Shown here: piece after piece, positions 1 through 9,393 of the stretch
How positions within the stretch are numbered: position 1 is the stretch's first letter
Layout: every line of letters starts with the position of its first letter
Source: an uncultured Dehalococcoidia bacterium
GTDB lineage: Bacteria > Chloroflexota > Dehalococcoidia > UBA2247 > RBG-13-53-26
DNA: 33,471 nt
Direction: 5' to 3'
NCBI GenBank assembly: GCA_964624525.1
Contig: CAZUZX010000002.1
Location: 1-33,471 of the forward strand
Made by a program: the position numbers and the translations under genes
Notes under the pieces: generated by a model
The model's database searches: none
Seen by the model: the letters and a program-made list of their open reading frames with translations, nothing else
What the model was told of the DNA's origin: nothing

Positions 1-72
1 GTGGACGTCTCTGTCCACCCTATTGTAAAGGGACGACACAGAGTTCGTCCCCTACAATTATTAAACGGTCTC
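1..72. repeat. Composite GC-hairpin intergenic repeat, copy 1 (hairpin gtggac-N6-gtccac, 7-nt spacer, hairpin gggacga-N-tcgtccc, AT-rich tail ctacaattattaaacggtctc)
   Basis: nt 1-21 are identical to 33303-33323. nt 29-72 match 33416-33459 with one mismatch (a40 vs g33427). Both modules form short perfect stems. Confidence 0.85.
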
Positions 73-94
73 TTAAATATCCATAGTTATAACA

Positions 95-766
95 ATGGTT
101 GAAAAACTCCTTTTTACCTGGAGCGGCGGCAAAGATAGCACCATGGCTCTTTACGAACTACAGATGACCCACGGTTATGAGATATTAGCACTGTTAACCA
201 CCGTAACAGAAGACTATGATAGAATCAGCATTCATGGTATACGGCAGATTTTGCTCGAGCAACAAGCAGCCTCTTTGGGTTTTCCTCTGGAGAAAGTCTT
301 TATTTCCAAGAACGCCTCTAATGAAGAATATGAATATAAAATGCGAGACATTCTTGAAAAATATCTGTCGGCTGGTGTCTCATCGGTAGCTTTTGGAGAT
401 ATCTTTTTAGAAGAGGTGAGAAAATATCGCCAGGACAACCTATCAAAGATAGGGATGACAGCAATCTTCCCTCTATGGAGAAGGAATACCACTGAACTTG
501 CTCATAGATTCATAGATTTGGGTTTCAAGGCAGTTATTACCTGCGTTGACTCAAATGTTCTCGATAGAACATTTGTTGGCAGGGTCTTCGATGAGCAATT
601 CTTATCTGAACTTCCTTCTAGCATTGACCCTTGCGGTGAGAATGGAGAATTTCATTCATTTGTATATGACGGACCGATATTTCGGAAGAGGATATTACAC
701 ACCATTGGGGAAGTTATTTTGAGAGATAATCGTTTTTACTATTGTGATTTGATACCTACCCTATAG
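95..766 (+). CDS. PP-loop ATP pyrophosphatase, MJ0570/Dph6-like (ATP_bind_4 type adenine-nucleotide alpha-hydrolase)
   Basis: N-terminal SGGKDS PP-loop (FTWSGGKDS). Downstream family-typical motifs are GDIFLEEVRKYR, IFPLWRR and PCGENGEFHSFVYDGPIF. Its stop overlaps the convergent nrpR-like stop in the palindrome ctatag. Confidence 0.75.
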   Translation: MVEKLLFTWSGGKDSTMALYELQMTHGYEILALLTTVTEDYDRISIHGIRQILLEQQAASLGFPLEKVFISKNASNEEYEYKMRDILEKYLSAGVSSVAFGDIFLEEVRKYRQDNLSKIGMTAIFPLWRRNTTELAHRFIDLGFKAVITCVDSNVLDRTFVGRVFDEQFLSELPSSIDPCGENGEFHSFVYDGPIFRKRILHTIGEVILRDNRFYYCDLIPTL

Positions 767-1759
767 CTTCCAGATGCTTCTTAGTTGTTTGTAGTCAATG
801 ACAGAGCTCATGGCGATATTTTCCGCCTCTATACCCGCCTCCTCAGCAGCAGCTACTGGGTTCAACCCGCCAATAAGGATCATCCCCACTCTATTTAGTT
901 CTACCGGAACCTCGCAAACTGGCTCGCTAGTATTTCCCATGATTAGCAAACCTCCCAGACCGGCTTCTTTTAATCGGGAAATCACTGTCTCAGCTATAGG
1001 ACGACATTGAACCGGGATCTCCCTAAAGTTAGCCAATATCTTTCCTTCCCCTTTTCTAGCTACCTCGCCAACGCTAGTCATTTTGCCTCTAATGAATATC
1101 TCTGAGGGATCCAGAGAGGAGCCGGCATAATGTATAAGTTCCACAAAACGGAGCGGCTTACGGTTTCTAATTTGAAGTATACCTCCAAATCTGGAGTCTA
1201 TTGGAATGCCGGCTTTAAGTAGGGCACCGTTGATAATAATGCTGCATACTGTAGCAAAGCCAACTTTTCCTTCCGGGATAATTATCTCCCCTAGTTTCTT
1301 TCCCTCTTCAGCTACGGCTACTAGATCACCCACGCAGAGGTCAGCCTTGAAAGCACTCTTCATTGTCTCTAAAGCTTGGGGGAATTTCTCCCCGGGGAAA
1401 AAGGAGATATTAATGGGAACCTGCCCACTGCGCCTCTCCCAATCAAAGGTAGTGCGAAAAGCAAGTAGCTCAATTCGGTTGATAACAAAGCCGACCTTGT
1501 CACTGACTAAGGCATTTTTCAACTCTTCCACCCCAGCTTGAGTGATAAGCCGTCCATCTCTCCCCATAGCCTGGGTAAACCCTCGCTCATCCATTAGCTT
1601 TAGATGGTATCTCACCGCCCTTTCAGTAAGGTCAATACCGTAGTCTTTTAGCTGGCGGGCAATAACTCTTGCCCCTAGTGGCTCTACTGACTCATGCAGC
1701 ACCCTGAGGATAGCAATTACTTTTCTTTCCACACCAATACTATCAGAACCAATCATCAC
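761..1759 (-). CDS. nrpR: NrpR-like nitrogen regulatory repressor (winged helix + one DUF128/NrpR domain)
   Basis: The N-terminus (KVIAILRVLHES..PLGARVIARQLKDYGIDLTERAVRYHLKLMDERGF) has the HTH pattern of NrpR. The rest resembles the DUF128 regulatory domain. The gene lies in a GS/GOGAT-like neighbourhood. Confidence 0.7.
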   Translation of the reverse strand: MMIGSDSIGVERKVIAILRVLHESVEPLGARVIARQLKDYGIDLTERAVRYHLKLMDERGFTQAMGRDGRLITQAGVEELKNALVSDKVGFVINRIELLAFRTTFDWERRSGQVPINISFFPGEKFPQALETMKSAFKADLCVGDLVAVAEEGKKLGEIIIPEGKVGFATVCSIIINGALLKAGIPIDSRFGGILQIRNRKPLRFVELIHYAGSSLDPSEIFIRGKMTSVGEVARKGEGKILANFREIPVQCRPIAETVISRLKEAGLGGLLIMGNTSEPVCEVPVELNRVGMILIGGLNPVAAAEEAGIEAENIAMSSVIDYKQLRSIWKL

Positions 1760-1809
1760 TTCCTCCTAACATATTTTGCGGTAGCAGCGAGGCAACAAGG
1801 TTGTTTTCT

Positions 1810-2934
1810 TTAGTTCAGAAATTCCTTCACTATCTCCCCCACATGTCCTGCTATAGCCGGGGAGGCAGTAAGACCAGGCGATTCTATTCCTATCAGATTT
1901 ATTAAGCCCGGCAAGCCTCTTTTGTCCTCATGGGCAATGACAAAATCTCGGAAGCCTTCCCCCGGTCCCTGGAGCTTGGGTCTTATCCCGGCAAAGTCAG
2001 GCTCCAGGTCTTCAAGTTCAAGAAAGGGAAGAAATCCTTTGACGAACTGGTAGAAAACCCCTTTTTGGCTTTCATCCACCCCATAATCTAACTCCTTAGT
2101 ATACCGAATATTAGGGCCGAGTCTCATCTTCCCTTCAAGATCCAAATTGGCATGAATCCCCAAACCAGCCTGCTCTGGGGTAGGGTAGATGAGCCTTCTG
2201 ATAAGGTTTCTTTTCTTCGAATTCACGCCAAAGTATTCGCCTTTACAAAAATGAAGCTGGTAACCTGCCTGAGCTATATCTATTCCAGCCAGCCCGGCTA
2301 CCTTATCTGAATTTAGACCAGCGGAGTTTATTAAAATACGGGTGATAAAAGAAGAAATACCCTGGCGTTCTCTTATCTTTACCTTATATTTTACCCCTGT
2401 CCTTTTTATCCCTGTCACTTCTGAATCAAAGACAAACTTTACCCCCTTCTCCTTTGCTTTCTCATAGAAAAACTTCATCAGAGCATGGGAGTCAAGAATT
2501 CCTGAGGAGGGAGAAAAAAGCCCCGCGATTCCTTCCACATTCGGTTCAAGCTTTTTGAGTTCATTTCTCGAGAGGAGCTTTAGGTCTTCCACCCCATTCC
2601 TTTTTCCTTGTTCATAAAGTTTTTCCATCACTCCAATTTCATCTTCCCTGACTGCGATGATGACCTTTCCCAGCTTTTGGTAGGCTAAATTGTGTTTCTC
2701 ACAAAGTTCATAGAGCAAAACTCTACCTTTAACACAAAGCTTTGCTTTGAGGGAATTTGCGGGGTAGTGGATTCCAGCATGAATGACCTGGCTATTTCTA
2801 CTGCTGGTCTCGAGTCCAAAAGTGCGGTTCCTCTCAAAGACAAAAACATCTTTCCCCTCCAGCGCCACTGCGGAAGCTATCGCTAAACCGACAACACCCG
2901 CGCCTACAATAGCAATATCAATTTCTGAAGGCAT
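1810..2934 (-). CDS. FAD-dependent oxidoreductase, L-2-hydroxyglutarate oxidase/dehydrogenase (LhgO)-like
   Basis: N-terminal Rossmann motif IVGAGVVGLA. The SSRNSQVIHAGIHYPANSLKAKLCVKG block is typical of LhgO-type DAO-family enzymes. Confidence 0.65.
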   Translation of the reverse strand: MPSEIDIAIVGAGVVGLAIASAVALEGKDVFVFERNRTFGLETSSRNSQVIHAGIHYPANSLKAKLCVKGRVLLYELCEKHNLAYQKLGKVIIAVREDEIGVMEKLYEQGKRNGVEDLKLLSRNELKKLEPNVEGIAGLFSPSSGILDSHALMKFFYEKAKEKGVKFVFDSEVTGIKRTGVKYKVKIRERQGISSFITRILINSAGLNSDKVAGLAGIDIAQAGYQLHFCKGEYFGVNSKKRNLIRRLIYPTPEQAGLGIHANLDLEGKMRLGPNIRYTKELDYGVDESQKGVFYQFVKGFLPFLELEDLEPDFAGIRPKLQGPGEGFRDFVIAHEDKRGLPGLINLIGIESPGLTASPAIAGHVGEIVKEFLN

Positions 2935-3041
2935 TCCAAATATTTACTTTTCCTATCCTATGGGCTGAATTTTTCCTCCATACCCAACCCAGGGTCTAAC
3001 CCCTTCTAGAGGAACCCCAAGGTAATTTTCTTTCAATGATT

Positions 3042-4619
3042 CTATCCCAGGATTTTTTCAACCTCTTCTGCATCCGTGTCTGAGACAAGAGGAATGCCAC
3101 TTATCTGAGCCGCTTCTGGAGTCAGTGCAGCGATATCATTGCGAGTTATGTGCTCAAGGGCAAACTTTCGAGCGCCACACATCAATTGGCGCAGGCCTTG
3201 CGCCAGCCGCTCGTAATAAGTGTAAAGCCCAATAGCTGCCGTTGGTATCTCCTCGTAGTCTTTGCCATACTCTCTTTTCAGTCCTTCGGCTGTAACAAAA
3301 ACAGCTTCCCTCGTTTTACCGAACCGCTGCAGGTAAACAGGAGGCTGTCCGCTATCTATCGCTTGACCGATAGTCTTACCAACCATAGCCGCAGCAAGGG
3401 GTGCTCTTGCCATGCCTATTGCTTTCGTGTAGGGAGCACACAGTGCCAAGCCCTTAACTATTTGGTCTTCCAAAACAAATCCGCCGCCAAGTACAATGTC
3501 AGGTACATATTCGCCTCTCTCGGCCACACGATTGCAGTATTTGTAGGCTAGCGACCACAGTTCGATACCGGGCACGCCCCACTCGTTCATCATACGCCAC
3601 GGGCTCATGCCAGTACCGCCGCCGGCAGCATCAATAGTGAGGTAATCAATTTTTGCTAAAGAGGAAAACTTGATGGCACGAGCAAGGTCCGCGGGCCTGT
3701 AGGCGCCGGTCTTCAGCGAAACATGTTTGGCACCAGCATTCCGCAACTGGCTGACACTCTTAAGGAAACCCTCTTCTGTAACCATGCCAACGCGAGAGTG
3801 CCTCTCAAACTCAGTAAAAACACCCTTCTTGAACTCGTCTATTCGAGCAGGGTCAAGTGGGTCGGGAAGAACAATATAGCCTCGTTTCTTAAGGAGTTGT
3901 GCCTTCTCAAGACTCTTGATTTTGACCTCACCGCCTATATCCTTCGCTCCTTGCCCCCATTTCAGCTCCACTACCCTAACGCCTAGCTTCTCTAGGGCAT
4001 ACTCCAGCACACCAAGTCGGCTATCCTCAACATTTGCCTGCACGACAATAGCACCATAGCCATCACGTTGCCATCCTTGGTAGAGTTTCACCCGCCACTC
4101 AAGTTCGGGTGAATGAACTACTCTTCCCCTCTCTATCTTTGAGTCGGTATCCATTCCGCATACATTCTCACCAATGGTAAGTAGTATACCTGTTATTGCG
4201 GCACCGATGGCTAAACCTTCCCAGTTCTGCTTAGCGACATTGGTAGAGCCAAGGCCAGAAATGACCATTGGTAGACGCAACTTGATTCCCTTATCGTAAC
4301 CTAGCCTTGTCTCAAGATTCACATTTGTGAAGATAGCCTTGTCAGAGTCTTCCTCTATACCGACCGCACCAACAGCAGTTCCCATTATGTTGAAATGGGA
4401 TAGGTCGACAGGATAGGCCTTCTGCGATGCGGTGGTAATGATGCCGAATGGCTGTGGATAGATAACCTCGTGCCCGCGGTAGGCGCTCTTACCAATTTCG
4501 CACATACCGATACAGCCTTCGACACAAGTGACGCACATTCCACTTATGGGGCACCAGTCGCCACCTGTCCTGTTCTTAGTCAACGTCGCGGCTGTTGCAT
4601 TATACCTTGTCAATGTCAT
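3042..4619 (-). CDS. Glutamate synthase-related FMN/FeS protein (GltB central FMN domain only, no amidotransferase domain)
   Basis: Cys-rich N-terminus (CPISGMCVTCVEGCIGMCEIG). Also has the GltB FMN-domain hallmarks DAAGGGTGMSPWRMMNEWGVPG and GGGF..ED. Confidence 0.75.
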   Translation of the reverse strand: MTLTRYNATAATLTKNRTGGDWCPISGMCVTCVEGCIGMCEIGKSAYRGHEVIYPQPFGIITTASQKAYPVDLSHFNIMGTAVGAVGIEEDSDKAIFTNVNLETRLGYDKGIKLRLPMVISGLGSTNVAKQNWEGLAIGAAITGILLTIGENVCGMDTDSKIERGRVVHSPELEWRVKLYQGWQRDGYGAIVVQANVEDSRLGVLEYALEKLGVRVVELKWGQGAKDIGGEVKIKSLEKAQLLKKRGYIVLPDPLDPARIDEFKKGVFTEFERHSRVGMVTEEGFLKSVSQLRNAGAKHVSLKTGAYRPADLARAIKFSSLAKIDYLTIDAAGGGTGMSPWRMMNEWGVPGIELWSLAYKYCNRVAERGEYVPDIVLGGGFVLEDQIVKGLALCAPYTKAIGMARAPLAAAMVGKTIGQAIDSGQPPVYLQRFGKTREAVFVTAEGLKREYGKDYEEIPTAAIGLYTYYERLAQGLRQLMCGARKFALEHITRNDIAALTPEAAQISGIPLVSDTDAEEVEKILG

Positions 4620-4677
4620 CTCTATTCTCCTTCTAGCGTTTTACAGGTTGCCTTATTCCTTGATTGGCTCTTCATTA

Positions 4678-5343
4678 CTAGTAAACCTTATGGCCATGCG
4701 GGCCGACACTTTCTGAGCATGCTGTACACACAAGGCAGGTCTCCACAGGTACGAAGTTCTGGCATCCCCCACAAAGACCATCTATGAGGTTGCTTGCTGT
4801 ACAGGCTCGTTCGCAGACCGGGCATATCCATTCACAACCACCGCAGTTGCGACATTCCTCTGGGGTGACTCCAAAAGCTGTTGCCACCCGGCGCGACGTA
4901 CCGCGGCCAACAAACCCGATACCGCCGGACTTCATCTGCTCTTTGCAATAGCGCACGCAGCGTCCGCAGAGAATGCAACACCTGTCCTTTATCTTGAAGC
5001 GTATCTTATTAACGCCCATACTGGACGCCATATCCTGAAGTGTCTTTGAGTTCGGGCAGGAAGCGAGCAACAGTTCGACAATCAGCTTACGAGCCTTCTT
5101 CACCTTCTCTGAATTCGTAAGGACCACTTGTCCTTGCTCCACTGGCAAGGTGCAGGATGCTTCCAGGGATGACCGGGTGTTGTTAACTACTTCAACTAAA
5201 CAAAGACGACACTCGCCGTAGGAAGTGAGGCCAGGATAATAGCAAAGAGTTGGGATAATGATGCCCATTTCTCTTGCCGCTTCAAGAACTGTTGCCCCTT
5301 CTGACGCTCTGGTTTTTATTCCATCAATAGTTAGTTCAGGCAT
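4678..5343 (-). CDS. Multi-cluster ferredoxin resembling the N-terminal FeS part of NuoG/HydA/FdhA (2Fe-2S plus 4Fe-4S sites), without a catalytic domain
   Basis: The start (MPELTIDGIK..EGATVLEAA...IPTLCY......CRLCLVEV) is the classic NuoG-type 2Fe-2S fold. Further CxxCxxC-type cysteine clusters follow. Confidence 0.7.
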   Translation of the reverse strand: MPELTIDGIKTRASEGATVLEAAREMGIIIPTLCYYPGLTSYGECRLCLVEVVNNTRSSLEASCTLPVEQGQVVLTNSEKVKKARKLIVELLLASCPNSKTLQDMASSMGVNKIRFKIKDRCCILCGRCVRYCKEQMKSGGIGFVGRGTSRRVATAFGVTPEECRNCGGCEWICPVCERACTASNLIDGLCGGCQNFVPVETCLVCTACSESVGPHGHKVY

Positions 5344-5355
5344 GCTTCTCTCTCC

Positions 5356-7227
5356 TTATGATACTGTGATTGCCTCAAACTTACAGTTGTCGCGGCAAAG
5401 CCCACACTTGATACACTTTTGTGGATCGATCTTATGCACCTTTTTCTTTTCTCCTGATATTGCCTCCTGGGGACACTCTCTAGCACAAACTCTGCAGCCG
5501 GTGCATTTCTCCTCGTTGATAGTAAAGGTAATAAGCGCTTTGCACACGCCTGCGGGGCAAAGTTTCTCTTTTATATGAGTCTCATATTCGTCACGAAAAT
5601 ATCTAATAGTTGAGAGAACAGGGTTGGGAGCAGTGCCACCTAAAGCACAAAGAGAGGCCTCCTTGATGACACCACCCAATTCCTCTAGAAGTTCGACATC
5701 TTCCTCCTCACCTCTCCCCTCCGTTATATCGGTGAGAATATCGAGCATTCTGTCCAATCCTTCGCGGCAGGGCACGCATTTGCCGCAGGATTCTTCCGTG
5801 AGGAATTTAAGGAAATATCTTGCCACATCCACCATACAGGTGCCCTCATCCATGACTATCATGCCACCTGAGCCCATCATTGAACCTGCTTCGGTAAGCC
5901 TATCAAAATCAACGGGTAGGTCAATCAAGCTCTCAGGAATGCAGCCGCCTGATGGTCCTCCTGTCTGCACAGCTTTGAATCTCTTGTCATTAGGGATGCC
6001 ACCACCGATGCCGTAGATTATTTCTCTGAGCGTAATGCCCATTGGCACCTCAACTAACCCGGTGTTGTTTATCTTGCCTACCAGAGAGAATATCTTGGTG
6101 CCCTTGCTACCGGCGGTGCCGATTTGTGAATACTGGTCGGAGCCATAGTTAATGATGAAGGGTACATTGGCCCATGTCTCGACATTGTTAAGGTTGGTGG
6201 GTCGATCGTAGAGTCCCTTCATAGCGGTGTGAATATGCTTGGGACGTGGCTCACCAACTTTCCCCTCCAAGGAGGCCATGAGGGCAGTCGATTCACCGCA
6301 GATAAAGGCACCCCCACCTCGCGAAATCCTGATATCAAAGTCAAAACCGGAACTGAGGATGTTCTCGCCAAGCAGGCCATAGTTCCTCGCTTGTTCCAAT
6401 GCTATCGTAAGGTTGGTCACCGCCAAGGGGTATTCATGCCGGACATAGACATATCCATGGTGTGAGCCTATCGCATATGCGCCAATTATCATCCCTTCAA
6501 TGATGCTGTGAGGGTTACCTTCAAGCAGGCTCCTGTCCATATAAGCGCCAGGATCGCCCTCGTCAGCGTTACAAATAACATAGCGGATGCCATCTAGGGA
6601 TGGGGCATTACGGCAGGACTCCCATTTTCTGGCTGTGGGAAATCCGGCACCACCGCGGCCGCGTAGTCCAGATTTTTTGATTTCCGCAATTATTTCTTCG
6701 GGTTGCATATCGAAGAGCACTCTAGATAAAGCGGTGTAACCACCTATAGCGAGGTAGTCCTCGATGTTCGTGGGGTCGATGACACCATTATTGCCAAAGA
6801 TAAGCCTTTGCTGCCCCTTATAAAAGGGAACTTCACTTTCGAGATGTGCCTCCTTTCCACTCACCGGGTCAACATAAAGAAGCCTATCTATAATGTTGCC
6901 CTTCATGACCGTCTCGGCGATTATTTCAGGAGCATCGTTTGAAGTAACCCGCTGGTAGAATACTCTTTCAGGATAAATTACAACCAGCGGACCACGCTCG
7001 CAGAAACCGTGGCAGCCTGTCATTTTCAATTCAACCTGCTTGCCTAGTCCTTGTTGCCTAATTGCTTTCTTGAGGGCGTTGGCTACATCCTCGCACCTAT
7101 ACGCGTGGCAGCCGGTGCCGCCACAGATTGAGATATGGGGTTTTTCTGGCTTGCGCTTCTCCAGTATCCTGGCTCGCGATTGTTCCAGTTCAACCACCGT
7201 CCTCAGCTTCTTCATACTTCTTATCAT
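5356..7227 (-). CDS. NuoF/HydB/HndC-like NADH-binding flavoprotein (thioredoxin-like 2Fe-2S N-domain, FMN/NADH core, C-terminal 2x[4Fe-4S] ferredoxin domain)
   Basis: Motifs seen: [21 protein letters not shown], and C-terminal [12 protein letters not shown] plus [11 protein letters not shown]. The ORF has a 4-nt ATGA overlap with the upstream NuoE-like ORF. Confidence 0.85.
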   Translation of the reverse strand: MIRSMKKLRTVVELEQSRARILEKRKPEKPHISICGGTGCHAYRCEDVANALKKAIRQQGLGKQVELKMTGCHGFCERGPLVVIYPERVFYQRVTSNDAPEIIAETVMKGNIIDRLLYVDPVSGKEAHLESEVPFYKGQQRLIFGNNGVIDPTNIEDYLAIGGYTALSRVLFDMQPEEIIAEIKKSGLRGRGGAGFPTARKWESCRNAPSLDGIRYVICNADEGDPGAYMDRSLLEGNPHSIIEGMIIGAYAIGSHHGYVYVRHEYPLAVTNLTIALEQARNYGLLGENILSSGFDFDIRISRGGGAFICGESTALMASLEGKVGEPRPKHIHTAMKGLYDRPTNLNNVETWANVPFIINYGSDQYSQIGTAGSKGTKIFSLVGKINNTGLVEVPMGITLREIIYGIGGGIPNDKRFKAVQTGGPSGGCIPESLIDLPVDFDRLTEAGSMMGSGGMIVMDEGTCMVDVARYFLKFLTEESCGKCVPCREGLDRMLDILTDITEGRGEEEDVELLEELGGVIKEASLCALGGTAPNPVLSTIRYFRDEYETHIKEKLCPAGVCKALITFTINEEKCTGCRVCARECPQEAISGEKKKVHKIDPQKCIKCGLCRDNCKFEAITVS

Positions 7228-7694
7228 TCCGGGTTCCTTCTTCTATTTTCTAAGACCTTCTTGACTTTCCCAGGACTCATTTGTCCATGGTACTTGCCAT
7301 CTACAACCACGATAGGTCCCAGGGCACACGCTCCGAGGCAATTTACCGTCTCGAATGTGAAACGCATGTTTTCAGTTGTCTCACCGGGCTCGATGCCAAG
7401 TTGTCTTTTCACTTCATCGCGCACCGCAGGGGCACCTCTCACATGGCAGGCAGTGCCAAGACAAACGGTGACTATGTGCTCACCGTGTGGCTTCAGACTG
7501 AATGCCTTGAAAAAGGTCGCCACACCATAGACCTGTATCAACGGAAGACCTAACTGACTCGCTACTGCTCTGAGAGTGTCTTCCCGTAGATAACGATATT
7601 CAGCTTGTATGTCCTGGAGTATAGATACGAGACTGTCACGACTACAGCCGTATTTGTTGACAATCGCCTCTACTTTTTCAAGATCGTCTTTCAT
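7224..7694 (-). CDS. NuoE/HydC/HndA-like 2Fe-2S thioredoxin-fold subunit
   Basis: Has the four-Cys pattern CLGTACH....CLGAC and the length typical of 24-kDa subunit homologues. It is translationally coupled to the NuoF-like gene. Confidence 0.85.
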   Translation of the reverse strand: MKDDLEKVEAIVNKYGCSRDSLVSILQDIQAEYRYLREDTLRAVASQLGLPLIQVYGVATFFKAFSLKPHGEHIVTVCLGTACHVRGAPAVRDEVKRQLGIEPGETTENMRFTFETVNCLGACALGPIVVVDGKYHGQMSPGKVKKVLENRRRNPE

Positions 7695-7734
7695 CCGTTA
7701 GTCACCCCTCTAATAAAGCTCCTATTTTTTATTC

Positions 7735-8505
7735 TCAAATTCTTACTGGTATTCCCTTATCTGCCAAATACTTCTTTGCCTGGGGAATAGAGATTTCCCC
7801 AAAATGGAAGATAGAAGCCGCTAGTACTGCCGATGCTTTGCCCAAAATTACCGCCTCGTATAAGTGTTCCAGTTTTCCTGCCCCCCCGGAGGCGGTAATC
7901 GGAATACTCACCGCCTCTGACACTGCTCTGGTCATTTCCAAATCATAGCCCTCTTTGGTGCCATCGGCGTCTTTGCTGGTAAGGAGAATCTCTCCGGCGC
8001 CCAACTTTTCCACCTTTTTCGCCCATTCCACAATATCAAGCCCTGTCCCCTCAGTACCACTTTTAATCACCACTTCCAATCGAGGAAGCCCACTCCCCTT
8101 GGGGTTCTTCTTCCCATCAATGGCAACAACGAGTTTTTTCTTTCCAAACTTCTTCGCCGCTTCCTTTATGAGGTCGGGGTTCTTGACCGCAGCAGTATTG
8201 ATTGAAGCCTTATCCACTCCAATGTCAAATAGGTCCTTCATATCCGCAATGCTTCCTATGCCGCCACCTACGGCGAAGGGAACAGTGACCACATCACAGA
8301 CTTTTTTGACCCATTCCAGCCTTGTCTTCCTATTCTGCACGGTAGCGAAGATGTCGAGGAAGACGAGTTCATCTGCTCCCTCCTTGCAATAAGCTTTCGC
8401 TGCCTCTACCGGATCACGGGCGTCTCTTAGGCTAACGAACTTCACCCCTTTGACCACCCGCCCATCCTTTACATCCAGGCAAGGTATAATCCTTACCCCT
8501 TCCAT
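7735..8505 (-). CDS. hisF: Imidazole glycerol phosphate synthase, cyclase subunit HisF
   Basis: Motifs RIIPCLDVKDGRVVKG, DELVFLDI, GGGI and SGGAG. The length of 256 aa is typical. Confidence 0.9.
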   Translation of the reverse strand: MEGVRIIPCLDVKDGRVVKGVKFVSLRDARDPVEAAKAYCKEGADELVFLDIFATVQNRKTRLEWVKKVCDVVTVPFAVGGGIGSIADMKDLFDIGVDKASINTAAVKNPDLIKEAAKKFGKKKLVVAIDGKKNPKGSGLPRLEVVIKSGTEGTGLDIVEWAKKVEKLGAGEILLTSKDADGTKEGYDLEMTRAVSEAVSIPITASGGAGKLEHLYEAVILGKASAVLAASIFHFGEISIPQAKKYLADKGIPVRI

Positions 8506-8570
8506 ACTCGTTTCCCCTTCTGGTGAGATTTAATGTAATACCCCACCAAGTATAAATTATATTTAATACA

Positions 8571-8617
8571 TAGGTAACCGTTTACCTAAGATAACGTAGA
8601 AAAGGGGGGCTTGTCAA
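8571..8617 (-). promoter_or_regulatory. Candidate hisF promoter with an adjacent perfect palindrome (possible operator)
   Basis: On the minus strand: TTGACA (8612-8617), an 18-nt spacer, then TATCTT (8588-8593). Directly downstream is taggtaa-ccgt-ttaccta (8571-8588), with 7-bp perfect arms. Confidence 0.3.
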
Positions 8618-8623
8618 GTATGA

Positions 8624-8644
8624 GATTGCTCCGCTCGCAATGAC
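8624..8644. repeat. Solo half-site of the gtcattgcgag/ctcgcaatgac hairpin repeat family
   Basis: gattgctccgctcgcaatgac resembles the 3' arm of the element at 17940-18047 (gattgcttcgtcactgcgctcctcgcaatgac). Confidence 0.5.
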
Positions 8645-8698
8645 AGGCAGGAATTGCTAAACATTTTCTTTAGGCAAGAAGCAAAAATAGGGCTTTGT

Positions 8699-9031
8699 CT
8701 AGGCTAGTCTCATGGTTAGCAGAGACGCTCCCACATAGACGAGGATACCAATAGCCAGAGAGGGAACTAGTCCAAGCCGCGGCATGAGGAAGAACAAGGC
8801 AGCAACATAGGCTAACCAGGCAGGAGTCATAATGAGCATGCTTTTGACATAGGAAATGGTGTGTTCTTTACCTCCCGAGGCATAAATGGTGCATAGAGTG
8901 ATGACACTAATGGAAGGGAAGAAAGCGATGAAGGCAGCGCGTAAACTTTCAGCACGGCTGCCAAAGTAGGTTACCAAGGTGATAATTGTCCCACCAAGGA
9001 GAAAATAAAGTGCCGTAATTTTAAAGCCCAT
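8699..9031 (-). CDS. Small integral membrane protein (about 4 TM segments, GlpM/DUF3147-like?)
   Basis: 110 aa, almost entirely hydrophobic segments separated by short polar loops. The family name is a guess. Confidence 0.55.
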   Translation of the reverse strand: MGFKITALYFLLGGTIITLVTYFGSRAESLRAAFIAFFPSISVITLCTIYASGGKEHTISYVKSMLIMTPAWLAYVAALFFLMPRLGLVPSLAIGILVYVGASLLTMRLA

Positions 9032-9054
9032 ATGTTTTCCTTCCTTCTGCCTCG

Positions 9055-9393
9055 CTAGAGAATGGGCAAATACTTCTTCAGTTCATAATCTGTCACCCGG
9101 GTTCGATAATTATCCCATTCAATCTTCTTGCTTTGGATAAAAGTGTAGAAGACATGGTCACCCAAGGCTTTTCTCACTATTTCACTCTTTTCCGCGAGTT
9201 GAATTGCCTCTGCCAAGCTTCCTGGCAGTATCCCTATACCTCTTCTTTCTCTCTCCTGGGGGCTCATTTCATAGACATTCTCCTCTATTGGCTCCGGCAG
9301 GTCATATTCTTTCTCTATCCCCTCCAGTCCTGCTGCCAGCATCACACTGAAGGCAAGGTAAGGGTTGGTGTTAGATGTCATAGTATAGAGCAA
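9055..9393 (-). pseudogene. 3'-terminal remnant (about the last 110 codons) of a second, GSI-alpha-like glutamine synthetase gene
   Basis: The translation (NPYLAFSVMLAAGLEGIEKEYDLPEPIEENVYEMSPQERERRGIGILPGSLAEAI...) aligns by eye with residues about 365-475 of the intact GlnA upstream ([24 protein letters not shown]...). The match is strongly diverged. The remnant overlaps the glnA 3' end by 23 nt. Confidence 0.8.

Noticed and set aside
3150-3551. Long antisense or alternate-frame ORFs inside well-supported genes. Examples are 232-492, 798-1010, 1206-1541, 3150-3551, 5624-6016, 7135-7530, 7955-8392, 11114-11353, 16291-16740, 18629-18835, 19440-19661, 20565-20852, 23661-23852, 24878-25138 and 26939-27336.
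   Set aside because: Each is fully nested in a gene with clear family motifs. Each has a low-complexity S/P/A/R-rich translation typical of the reverse frame of coding DNA, and none has a recognisable motif.
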